64,000 nucleotides of DNA from Okamejei kenojei. Taxonomy: Eukaryota. A program made the position numbers and the translations under genes. Shown here piece after piece: positions 11,209-22,108 of this stretch. The notes under the pieces are model-generated. The model was given only the letters and a program-made list of their open reading frames with translations. It searched no databases and was not told where the DNA came from. The stretch spans positions 92,380,001-92,444,000 of the forward strand of contig CM069135.1 in the NCBI GenBank assembly GCA_035221665.1, written 5' to 3'. The number at the start of each line of letters is the position of its first letter. Position 1 is the first letter of the stretch.

Positions 11209-12826
11209 CAGTGCATTCCAAAAGTATTCAGACCACTTCACTTTTTCCACATTTTGTTACATTACAGCCTTATTTTAAAATGGTTAAATTATTATTCTTT
11301 TATCATCAATCTACACACAATATCCAAGAATGAAGAAGCGAAAACAGGTGTTTAGAAATTTTTGCAAGGTAATTAAAAAAAACAAAACTGAAATATCACA
11401 TTTACATAAGTATTTAGACCCTTTGCTATGACACTAAAAATTGAGCTTAGGTTCATCCTATTTCCATTGTTTATCCTTGAGATGTTTCTACAACTTGATT
11501 GGAGTCCACCAGTGGTAAATTAAATTGATTGGACATGATTTGGAAAGGCACACACCTGTTCATATAAGGTCCCACAGTTGACAGTGCATGTCAGAGCAAA
11601 AACCAAGCCATGAAGATGAAGGAATTGTCCGTATACCTCCGAGATGGGATTGTGTCGAGACACAGGGAAGGGTATAAAACAATTTCTGCAGCATTGCAGG
11701 TCCCGATGAACACAGTGGCCTCCGTCATTCTTAAATGGAAGAACTTTGGAACCACCAGGACCCTTCATAGAGTTGGCTGCCCGGCCAAACTGAGCAATCA
11801 GGAGAGAAGGGCCTTGGTCAAGGAGGTGACCAAGAACCCAATAGTCACTCTGACAGAGCTCCAGAGATCCTCTGTGGAGATGGGAGAACCTTCCAGAACG
11901 ACAACTATATCTGCAGCACTTCACCAATCAGGCCTTTATGGTAGAGTGGCCAGACGGAAAGTACTCCTCACCTCCTTGACCAAGCCACATGACAGCCCTC
12001 TTGGAGTTTGCCAAAAGGCACTTAAAGGACTCTCAGACCATGAAAAACAAGATTCTCCGGTCTGATGAAATGAAGATTGAACTCTTTGGCCTGAATGCTA
12101 AGCATCACGTCTGGCGGAAACCAAGCAACGCTCATCACCTGGCCAATACCATACCTTTGATGAAGCATGGTGGTGGCAGCATCATGCTGTGGGGATGTTT
12201 CTCAGTGGCAGGAACTGGGAGACTAGTCAGGATCGAGGGAAAGATGAATGGAACAAAGTACAGAGAGATCCTTGATGAAAACCTGCTACAGAGCATTGTG
12301 GACCTCAGACTGGGGCAGAGGTTCACCTTCCAACAGGACAATGACCCGAAGCACACAGCCAAGACAACGCAGGAGTGGCTTTGTGACAAGTCTGTGAATG
12401 TCCTTGAGCAGCCCAGCCAGAGCCTGGACTTGAACCCGATCGAACATCTCTGGAGGGACTTGGAAATAGCTGTGCATCGACTTTCTCCATCCAACTTGAG
12501 AGGATCTGCAAAGACGAATGGGAGAAATTACCCAAATACAGGTGTGCCAAGCTTGTAGCTTCATACCCAAGAAGACTTGAGGCTGTAATCGCTGCCAAAG
12601 GTGCCTCAATAAAGTACTGAGTTAAGGGTCTGAATACTTGTGTAAATGTGATATTTCAGTTATTTCTTTTTAATTTACTTGCAAATATTTCTAGACACCT
12701 GTTTTTGCTTTTTTATTACGGGATATTATGTATAGATTGATGATAAAAAAAAATAATTTAATCCATTTTTGAATAAGGCTGTAACGTAACCAAATGTGGA
12801 AAAAGTGAAGGTGTCTGAATACACTG
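11209..12826 (+). mobile_element. Tc1 DNA transposon, IR/DR type
   Basis: TA TSD (11207-8 / 12827-8) and ~215-bp TIRs starting CAGTGCATTCCAAAAGTATTCAGACC with inner direct repeats. The right TIR lacks ~10 nt near its tip. Confidence 0.95.
11610..12620 (+). pseudogene. Tc1 transposase (DD34E), frameshifted
   Basis: Paired-like HTH, SDEMKIE, KHGGGSIMLWGCF, QQDNDPKH...DLNPIEHLW with 34 residues between D and E. Confidence 0.93.
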
Positions 12827-12859
12827 TAGTTACTGGAGTGTCAGTGAGTACACACATGA

Positions 12860-13715
12860 AACACATGAGAAAATAGGAGCAGGTTGGCCATCAAGCTGTT
12901 CAAGCCTGCCTCATCATTTAACATCATTTAACATCTCAACATCTCAACATCTACCTTCTCATGCCCACATAGGACCCCTTATTGTTCTAAATTCCAAGGA
13001 ATGGTAGGACAATTGATAGGACAATGTCTCCTTATCCCAGGAATTATCCTGGTGAATGTCCTGTGGGCTCTCCTGTTTTTTTTAAAAAGTAAGTGGAACA
13101 ACATTATGTGCAGCATTCCAGCAGAGGCGCTAAAATTTTATACCTTGTATAATTGCAACAACACATCCATATTTTTAAATTCTAAATCTTTTGCAATGAA
13201 GGCCAAAATACTATTTGTCTTCTTAACTGCTCGACGGACATGCCGACTAGCTTTTCGAGATTCACACTCGAGAACACCCAGATCCCTCTCTGCTTCACTC
13301 ACAGTCTCTTGAGTCCATAATCTTACTCGATTTGCCAGTCTTTTGCCCATTCACTCAATACATCATATCTCATTGCACAGTAAACCTATTGTAACATGCC
13401 TTTGCATCCATTTTCATATCAATGGCAAATTTGGAAAGCTTGCATACTTCCTCTAAACCATTAATTTAAATAGTGAACAATTACCGGCCAAGAATTGATC
13501 TGTCGTATTCCATTATTTTTGCCACCTTCAAGTCTGTAAATGACCCATTTATTCAATGTTTCAGTTTTTTATGAGACAGCAGTTTTCAATCCATTGTAAC
13601 ACACTTACTCCAATAGCATGTAGTTTTAATCTTTACATCAGCCTCCTATGTCACACCTTGTCAAATGCCTCCTGGAAATCTAAATGCACGAATCCCACCC
13701 TGTGTCATCTTGCCC
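12860..13715 (-). mobile_element. CR1 LINE 3' region, degraded with internal deletions
   Basis: Minus ORF ERDLGVL...KKTNSILAFIAKDLEFKNMDVLLQLYK; DFQEAFDKV-like motif near 13655-13685; CR1 3' tail near 12870. Confidence 0.8.
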
Positions 13716-13989
13716 CTACTTTTCATGATTTCAACCCGGAGTAATGCCACATCACTATCCACTGCTTTTATATCACAACTCAGCACGGCTCTGATAGCTT
13801 CTGTGATCACCAATTCCACCCCATTTAATTTTCCTTCTGGACTATTCTTTCAAAAAAAGTGTGAAACCTGGAATATTATATCCTTGGTCCTGGTCATTCT
13901 ACAACTATATTTCTGTAAGAGCTGTTGAATCACACTCATTTGTTGCAATTTGTGTTACCAACCTATCTATCATTTTGCAAACGCTACAA

Positions 13990-14400
13990 ATTCTTAGGCC
14001 CCCCTCGGTCATGGCTGACCATGGGTGTCTCCAGGGTTGGAGGACGCCAGTGCATGACTTTGTTTAACATGGGAAGACTGGTGCACAGACAGCCTCCACA
14101 TGGTCCTTGATAGATCTGGGTCAGGATCCAGTGGCATGGAGTCCAAGATGACCGGACACCCTATTTTGCCGCAGCCTTCATCTGCCTTCCCAGACGATGT
14201 GATGCTCCACTAAGGTTAGCCAACATTCTCCACCTGTTCTACCATTGAGGTCTTGGTTGGATTGCTCTTTGTCAGAGTGCACCCCCTCAACCTTACCGCC
14301 ATGGGTGGCCCTACCATGAGCATAGCTCCAGACGGCATCGTTCTCAGGATCTCAGGACCACACAAGCTTCTCCACCATGACAAGGTAACAATCCACTGAG
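13990..14400 (-). mobile_element. Non-autonomous RTE-derived element (RTE 5' UTR joined to RTE 3' tail)
   Basis: Minus strand starts ACCTTGTCATGGTGGAGAAGCTTG...GGTAGGGCCACCCATGGCGG (RTE/Expander/BovB-like 5' motif) and ends CCATGGTCAGCCATGACCGAGGGGGCCTAAGAA (RTE-like 3' end). Confidence 0.65.
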
Positions 14401-14611
14401 GAAGAAATCCTGCAGGTATTCATATAAATAACATTAAACTTTGATTTTTTTTTAACCATTATATCCAACTCTGGATTTACTTATTTTCATTTACATCTTT
14501 TAATCTACGGCGGCACAGTGACATAGGTGGTTGCAGCCGGTTGAGCTGCTGCCTCACAGTGCCAGAGACCCAGGTTCAATCCTGACCTCGTGTGCTGTCT
14601 GTGCGAAATTT

Positions 14612-14948
14612 CAGCCCTGCCAACTCTCACACATTGAGCGTGAGACTCGCGCATTTCATGCAATTCTCACGTTCTCACGCTGATCACAGAATTTGACGTC
14701 TTCAGTTGGCGCCGACAGGGTCGTAGCTGGTCGTATCTTGTTGCGGGTGGACGTAAGTTGACTTCGGCTGTCATAGGTCGTCACCTGTGTGGTCGTAGGC
14801 ATGGTCGTAGATGGACGTCCCAATTTGCGAGGAATTGTGTCGCTGGTTGACGTAGCTTGTCGTAGCTTGATATCAACATGGTGGTAGCTTGTCATAGGGT
14901 GGGTCCAAATTTCTCACTCTCAACTCTCACCCAATGTTGGCAGCCCTA
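14612..14948. mobile_element. hAT-like MITE
   Basis: Imperfect TIRs CAGCCCTGCCAAC / GTTGGCAGCCCTA, CTCAC subterminal repeats, flanking AATTT duplication. Confidence 0.55.
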
Positions 14949-14989
14949 TAATTTGCACATTCTCCCTGTGACCACATGGGATTCCCCCG

Positions 14990-15316
14990 TGTATAAAGTA
15001 CTATTGACACTGAGTCATAAAACTTCATAATAAGTACTTTAATAAGAATACATACAGGAACCATAGGTACTGCAGGCTTGAAGTCTTAGCTTAAACTAAA
15101 AGCATGGCTGCTCACAGTCCACAAGATGGCATGGTGGAAACCCGACATGGATTACGGATTGGGTCAACAATAGCAAAACCATACATGGATCAAATCAGCA
15201 ATAGTGATTGATCTACATCCTATTTCTTAAGCTTTTGCCCATAAGCTAAATACATGCATGCAAAGACATAATATATAAGAATATAAAGTTAATATATAAG
15301 AATATAAATATCTACA
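14990..15316 (-). mobile_element. Solo LTR
   Basis: TGTA...TACA termini and a 5-bp TSD CCCCG/CCCTG (14985-14989 / 15317-15321). Confidence 0.7.
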
Positions 15317-15879
15317 CCCTGGGTGTCCCAGTTTCCTCCTACATTCCAAAGATGTGTGGGTTTATAGGTTAATTAACCTCTGTAAATTGCCTGCAGTGTG
15401 TAAGGAATGGATGTGAAAGTGGGGTAACATAGAACTGGCGTGAACGGATGATCAGTAGTTGGTGCGGACTTAGTGGGGCAGAGGGCCCGTTTCCATGGTG
15501 TACCTTTCAATCAATTCTTTCAAACTTCTGCCCTGGTCCATCACACTAGGAATTTCAATTTCCTCCTCACAATCCTGCACTACTGATCTTTTATTTCTTC
15601 ATGCTTTATTGAACCTTCTGTCCATGGAGCCATCTCACCCTCCTAGTTGGTTTGAACACCTATGTACAACCCTGGTTATGTGATTCACCAGATATTGATC
15701 TCACCAAGGCTCAGTTGGAGCCCATTCTAACAGAAATCTCTCTCATTTCCAGTGCCAGAATTGGAACCCATTTCTCCCAAAGCTAGCTTTGATCTACACA
15801 CTTCCAAATCCTATTGACTCTTTAGCAATTTTTCCTTGGCTTTGTTGTGTCTCGATAGCGTGGAATGTGGACATAGGAA

Positions 15880-16330
15880 CATCAGTTGTACAGGGTCTTG
15901 GTGAGACCACACCTGGAGTATTGCGTACAGTTTTGGTCTCCAAATCTGAGGAAGGACATTATTGCCATAGAGGGAGTGCTTTGATTGGCTGGGATGTCAT
16001 ATGAAGAAAGACTGGATAGACTCGGTTTATACTCTCTGGAATTTAGGAGATTGAGAGGGGATCTTATAGAAACTTACAAAATTCTTAAGGGGTTGGACAG
16101 GCTTGCTGGGGAAGTCAAGGGGTCACAGCTTAAGTGACCAGAGAGTGGTGAGTCTCTGGAACTCTCTGCCACAGAGGGTAGTTGAGGCCAGTTCATTGGC
16201 TATATTTAAGAGTGTGTTGGATGGATACTGCGTTGGATGATCAGCCATGATCATATTGAATGGTGGTGCAGGCTCGAAGGGCTGAATGGCCTACTCCTGC
16301 ACCTAATTTCTATGTTTCTATGTTTCTATC
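15880..16330 (+). mobile_element. CR1 (HER1-like) LINE 3' end
   Basis: [14 protein letters not shown]-coding sequence, RLRGDLIE, and the 3' end GAATGGCCTACTCCTGCACC with a (TTTCTATG)n tail. Confidence 0.85.
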
Positions 16331-16624
16331 AGGACTATTTGGACGCTATCTGACTGGATGGAAAGTTGCATCTTCTTGCTTGCAATATAAATCTGGACCA
16401 TGGCAGGTGGAAGCAGAGAGCTAATTGAATGAGGGTCACCCATCATAGAGGATGGGGTTTCAGTGGGATCAGTGACTTGTGGGTTAGGAAATCATTGCAT
16501 CAATTATGGGAATAAGGTAGGGAGTTGGAGACTTGGTGGATTTGGAAACTTTGGAAATTGAGTTTTGAGAATCGGGGAATTTGGGTGCTTGGAGAAACTG
16601 ACAGCAATATTAATAATTCAGGAG

Positions 16625-17160
16625 TTATGAGAGATGGTAGGGTTGCCTCAGTATGGTCGCCGCAGATTTTTCAACAAAAATTGGTCGCCATGGATAAAAT
16701 CGATAACCTGTAGTCATAGGTGCAGTTGTAGTGGGGTCGCCATGTAGTTATGGGTAGTCGTAGGTAGTTTCCTTTGCTGACCGGCCATTTTCATTGGATC
16801 ATTGGAGAAAAAAAAGCACGAGTTTTCAGAACCAAAGATAACCGACCGGTAATGTTAATTGCCCGCCAAACTTCACAGCTGTGAAACTCTGACTTATTAA
16901 AAGTTGTCTGGCTTCTTAAAAGTGTCTCCACTCCTTCTCCTTCCCCCTCCTTCCCCCTTCTCCCCCCTTCTCCACCGTACTCCCCTCCTCCCCCCTCCCC
17001 CCTCTTTTAAAGGGCTTACTGTACACTGTGCTAGCCGTCTTAACCTTCCTGTTCATCATGATGTGTGTCTGTATCACCTTGGCTTTGCACTGTGTGGATT
17101 TCAGACAGTGCTCCCATCGCCGGCAGTCCGCTGAAAAATCACTTAAGTGGGACAGGCCCT
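16625..17160. mobile_element. Partial Harbinger-like MITE (right TIR only)
   Basis: Ends AAGTGGGACAGGCCCT+TTA; internal TGACCGGCCATTTTCATTGG is shared with the 23857 element. Confidence 0.65.
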
Positions 17161-19234
17161 TTACACCCATCGTTTGGTTCATATTATTGGAGTTCTGTTT
17201 GAAAATTAAAATTCCCTTTATATCAAAATTATACGTCACACTGACTAGCTCCATCGCATTAATAACATGGATTAACATGAATGTCAGATCCTAGAAGTCA
17301 ATACAAGTTGCACAGTCTGTTGTTTCTAGATTCCTGCCGGATATCAAAATTGTCAGATTAATTAACGGAGTGATTCAACAAGATGTGACGTTACAGAATT
17401 ACTGATGTGAATGAGATGCCGGGAGACAATTATCCACAATGTAAGTTTTTATGCTGCAGTTGACCAGAAAGCTTAATAATCAATTCATTTGCTGCAGAAC
17501 ACTAATTTAAAATGGTTTGAATATGGAACAGCTCTGCTTCCCTCTAAAGGTAAGGAGTCAGTCAGTCTTTCAGGAACACTTAAAAAAAAAATCTTCAGTG
17601 ATATAAACTGAGCCTGTCATCAGCAGACATTTCCACAGCAGCCTGTAGCACATCTGGTCCAAACCAAACAAGGAGAAGATGTGTTCTGTCAGCAAAATCA
17701 TTTAGGATTCTTTTTCATGCTTGTGGAGAAGTCTGTACCTGTCATCCATCAAAGCATTCGGCTTTTGGTGACTGGGTTCTGTTATTCTCTCTCTCTACCA
17801 TTGATCTTAGACATCTGAGAAAGGCTGAATACACAGTGGGCACCAGAGAGACAGAACCTACACCACACTCATCTCTGAAATGAATACATTTATTTTTGGG
17901 TATACAGAGACATAATGAAAATGTTTTATTTTTCTAAACTAAATAAAATGTGATTTCCTTTTTATTTTTCTTGACATTGTATTCTAACAAACTTTGTAAA
18001 GCATATCTGGATTATTTGATGATGGTGCCTTTAACTAGATGTTACAAGGAAGACTATCGTTATCATTACCACACAAAGCAGGCCAAATGTTTGGAAGCAC
18101 ATCAAATAAAATTGTGAAGACATCCATATTTGTTGCCAAGCTATCAAAGCTATAGGTTGGATAACAGATTTGAAAAATAAAATGAATTGCAATTTAAATT
18201 AATTAATGTGGATACTTATAATCCATCTGTCTTTTTCAACCACTATTAAAAACCAGTACAGTAATACATTATAAGATATAATGTTACCAGATCGAAATTC
18301 CATTAGCTACATTTATCAGCTGTTCTGTTTAGTTAACCTGTTCTCATTTGATTTCTTTCTTTTCCTATCCTGCACCATCTCCTACATATTCCAGTTGTAG
18401 CCCTGTCCACTTTCTCAATCACATTTCCCCATGACAATATATTGTACAGAGATCAGACCGTCTTCCACAGGTTAGCTGATGCCATTTTGTTCTGTCTCTC
18501 TCGTACCTCCCTCCAGTCCAACAGCTGTCTCTGCTGTCAGGCTGCCTAGGAGACATTTAGTCTTGGCAAAGTCATGATGTCTTTGGTGGTTGGGAAGACT
18601 GGGGTCAATGAAGAAAGATCTTTATCTCCAGCTCCCAGGCAGGAATGAAAGTAACAGACTCTGACTCAAATTAATGGAAGGGAAATATGCCTTCCTGTCA
18701 GATTCGTCACAGCATTAGACCTGGGCTTAATACAGGTTGTAAACATGAAAAATCAGATCAATTCACCTTCAACTACTGCTGGAAACCGACTGTGCTTAAC
18801 ATTGACCTCATTCCCGCCAATTCCCTTTGTCCTTGCCACCAAGCCCATTTTTTCACGAGAAAGGGTAAACCTTTAATATTTTCAACCTATTGCTTCCTTA
18901 TTTTTCCCTTCATGTTTAAAACGTCATGGAGGTCCTTTGCCAACCTTCGGACAGCTATTCTAATCCTGATTTTTTTTTTTTGGTGGCATTTTTCCATTTA
19001 AAATCTATTTTAACAATTAAAAGGAACATAACTATTATATTATATTCATACCATTTCATCAGGAATCTCTCCTTTCTCATCCATAACTTTATCTGGTAAG
19101 CCTCAGGCCATTTATAACAGAAAAAAACACATTCACGCCTTTGTCACCATTGCAGTTGAACTTGACCATATCAGTCAATCGGGAATCCTGTAAACAATGC
19201 ATCAAATTAAATCTCTGCAGTCCTGCCAGTTTTC

Positions 19235-19500
19235 TTCGGTGGCTTAGCGGTGGAGAGAATTATCAGCTGCAAATATCAGGGCGCCAACATCTTAGATGAC
19301 TTGTCCAGGGCCCAGCATGTAGGCGTAATCACATTAAAAGGTGCCTCAGTGCTTTACTTTCTTGGGAGTTAAAGCAGATTCAGCATGTCACTGAATACTC
19401 TAACAAACTTTGACAACTGCTTGGTAGAAAGCATCCTGACTGTTTGCATCATGGCCTCCATCGGCAATTCCAATAGCAGGAAGGCAAGAGGCTGCAAGAG
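19235..19500 (+). mobile_element. Old Rex1/Babar LINE fragment
   Basis: ORF LTNFDNCLVESILTVCI...GN (DUF1891-like C-terminus). Confidence 0.65.
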
Positions 19501-19885
19501 CAGTGTAAAAGAAGGGTCTCAACCCGAAACGTCACCCATTCATTTTCTCCAGAGACACTGCCCGTCCTGCTGAGTTACACCAGCATTTTGTGTCTATTTC
19601 AGTTGCAGATAGACAACCGGGAGATCAGGTATCCCCAGGCGGACTGAGCGAAGGTGTTCAGCGAAACGATCGCCCTGTCTTCGTTTTGCCTCGCTGATGT
19701 ACGTAATTCCATATGTGTATGAAGGAACTACAGATGCAACACCTATACCATTTCCCGTGACTCTGTCCAGGGACCCCGACAGTCTTTTCAGGTTAGGCAG
19801 AGGTTCACTTGCACCTCCTCCAACCTCACTTACTATATCCGTTGTTCAAAGTGTGGACTCTTATACATCGGCGAGACCAAACTTC
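19501..19885. mobile_element. Penelope-like cluster: terminal repeat plus GIY-YIG fragments in both orientations
   Basis: Plus ~19761-19882 encodes QRFTCTSSNLTYYIRCSKCGLLYIGETK. Minus ~19615-19700 encodes YISEAKRRQGDRFAEHLRSV. Hammerhead-like repeat at ~19505. Confidence 0.8.
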
Positions 19886-20325
19886 AAGAGTCAAGAGTGT
19901 TTTATTGTTATTTTTCCCAGATAGAACAATGAAATTCTTACTTGTTGCAACACAACAGAATATGTAAATATGGTACACCGTAAATAATATGATAAATGAG
20001 AGAAAGAGNNNNNNNNNNNNNNNNNNNNNNNNNNNNNNNNNNNNNNNNNNNNNNNNNNNNNNNNNNNNNNNNNNNNNNNNNNNNNNNNNNNNNNNNNNNN
20101 NNNNNNNNNNNNNNNNNNNNNNNNNNNNNNNNNNNNNNNNNNNNNNNNNTGCAATAATAATAGGCTATTGTAGTTCAGAGCGTATGAAGTTGTAGTGTTT
20201 AATTATAATTGCATCAGTGTGCTGGATCCAGGAAAGATCGTTGGAAACATGCATGCCCAGGAATTTGAAGTTTTTGACTCTCTCCACCATCATCCATTGA
20301 TGCAAACAGGATTGTGGGTCCTGTA
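19886..20325 (-). mobile_element. Rex1/L2-type LINE 3' fragments spanning a gap
   Basis: (CTCTTGA)n tail with AATAAA and GTAAGAATTTCATTGTT on the minus strand; FKFLGMH-like coding at ~20250. Confidence 0.55.
20009..20149. other. Assembly gap
   Basis: Run of N. Confidence 1.
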
Positions 20326-20911
20326 AATTATCTTATACTCCCCTTCTCTCTTGAGGTTGTTGTTCTCTTTTCCAATGAAGGAACTTCCTGATCCTGCAGC
20401 AGACTAACTGCACCTGATCTGACTTAATGAGCAGGTATCCCCCGTATAACTCCTGAGGAATTGGAAAAGTTTTGTACTGAATTGCTAGTCTGATTTTGGA
20501 AGGCAGCCAGAAAATGCCAATAAAGCTGTCTGAACAGGTTTGGACTTTCCTGCATAAAGGATATGGACCTAATGCCAGCAAATGGGATTAGCGTAGATCG
20601 GTAAAAAGGTTGGCATGGATATGGTGAGCTGAATGGCCTGTTTCTACACTATATGACTCACATATACTGAGGAGGGGTTGGGGGGGGGGGGGGGGGGGGG
20701 GGGAGGTGATGGGTGTGCTCAAGCTATAGTAGTTTTGTGTGGGTTTTCCCCAACAAGTTCTAACCCAATTCATATTAAATAGTTATGAAAATCCATAATC
20801 CTGAGATTTTACTAGGTACATGCTTTACAACTTGTACTAAGTGGATCCTTTGGCCATTCGACGTTAGATTATAACAATGATAAGTTAGCAGACCCGACTC
20901 TGGGGTGTCCT

Positions 20912-21688
20912 TGAAGGCGGCGCGACCGACGTTGCAGCGGCCTCTGCGAGTCTGTCTTTTTTTAATTTTTGTCATATTGAATGTATAGTTTGTTGTGTTT
21001 TTTATATTGTTTTTAGCTGTGGATATGTGGGGGGCGGGAGGGGGGGGGGGACTTTTAAATCTCTTCCCTGTACGGGTGGGGACAGTGTTCAATTGTCGTT
21101 GGGGACTAGCACCAGAACGACCTGGGGGCTCCAGTCGCGGAGCCTGCGGACTTACCGTCGTGGGGCTGGCCGGCTTCTGAGCATGAAGAGCTGTGGAGGT
21201 GCGCGGCTGCGACACGACTCTGGAGCGCGGAGTCTCCAGCCGCAGTCCCGGTGGACGGTGACATCGGGAGCTTGCGGGTCCCTGGTGGGAGACTGCTTTT
21301 CGGAGCTCCCGCAACGGCAACCTCTCCCGCCCGAGTTGCGGGGTTGAAAATGACCCAGAACGGGGCCATCGCCCGCTGAGCTCCAACATTAAGACCCGGA
21401 GCGGGGCCTTACATTGCCCGGCACGGCCTTAACGGCCGCAGGCCTTGCCATCGCCCGCCGGGGCTTTAACACCGGGAGAAGAATGGAACACAGGGGAGAG
21501 ACAAGACTTTGCCTTCCATCACAGTGAGGAGGAGATTCACTGTGATGGATGTTTTTGTAAATTGTGTTGGTTGTGTGTCTTGGTTCTTTTCTTGTTGTAT
21601 GACAGCAGAAACCAAATTTTGGTTGAACTTCAATTGAGGTTCAAATGACAATAGATAAATTGTATAATTGTATAATTGTATAATTGTT
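20912..21688 (+). mobile_element. GC/CpG-rich non-coding retroposon with LINE-like 3' tail
   Basis: CpG-rich body; ends AAATTTTGGTTGAAC...GGTTCAAATGACAATAGATAAA with (TTGTATAA)3. Confidence 0.55.
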
Positions 21689-21769
21689 ACCATCCACTGG
21701 AACATACTTAATCATGGTGATTTAAGGAGTGATCACTGTGCCGTTGAAGATGTCAATATTCAGAAGAGA

Positions 21770-22108
21770 TGCAAAACATGTTCCTGAAGTTGGGGAACTC
21801 CAGAACAAGGGGTCACAGTTTAAGGATAAGGGGGAAGTCTTTTAGGACCGAGATGAGAAGAACTTTTTTCACACAGAGAGTGGTGAGTCTGTCGAGTTCT
21901 CTGCCACAGAAGGTAGTTGAGGCCAGTTCATTGGCTATATATAAGAGGGAGTTAGATGTGGCCCTTGTGGCTAAAGGGATCAGGGGGTATGGAGAGAAGG
22001 CAGGTACAGGATACTGAGTTGGATGATCAGCCATGATCATATTGAATGGCGGTGCAGGCTTGAAGGGCCGAATGGCCTACTCCTGCACCTATTTTCTATG
22101 ATTCTATG
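21770..22108 (+). mobile_element. CR1 (HER1-like) LINE 3' end
   Basis: ORF SRTRGHSLRIRGKSFRTEMRRTFFTQRVV...LP and an (ATTCTATG) tail. Confidence 0.9.

Larger units (their letters stand above)
14509..15515 (+). mobile_element. V-SINE interrupted by two insertions
   Basis: Pieces 14509-14611, 14949-14989 and 15317-15515 rejoin into one SINE. Confidence 0.8.

Noticed and set aside
20775-21389. 204-aa minus-strand ORF
   Set aside because: Low-complexity read-through of a GC-rich repeat and flank; no domain recognised
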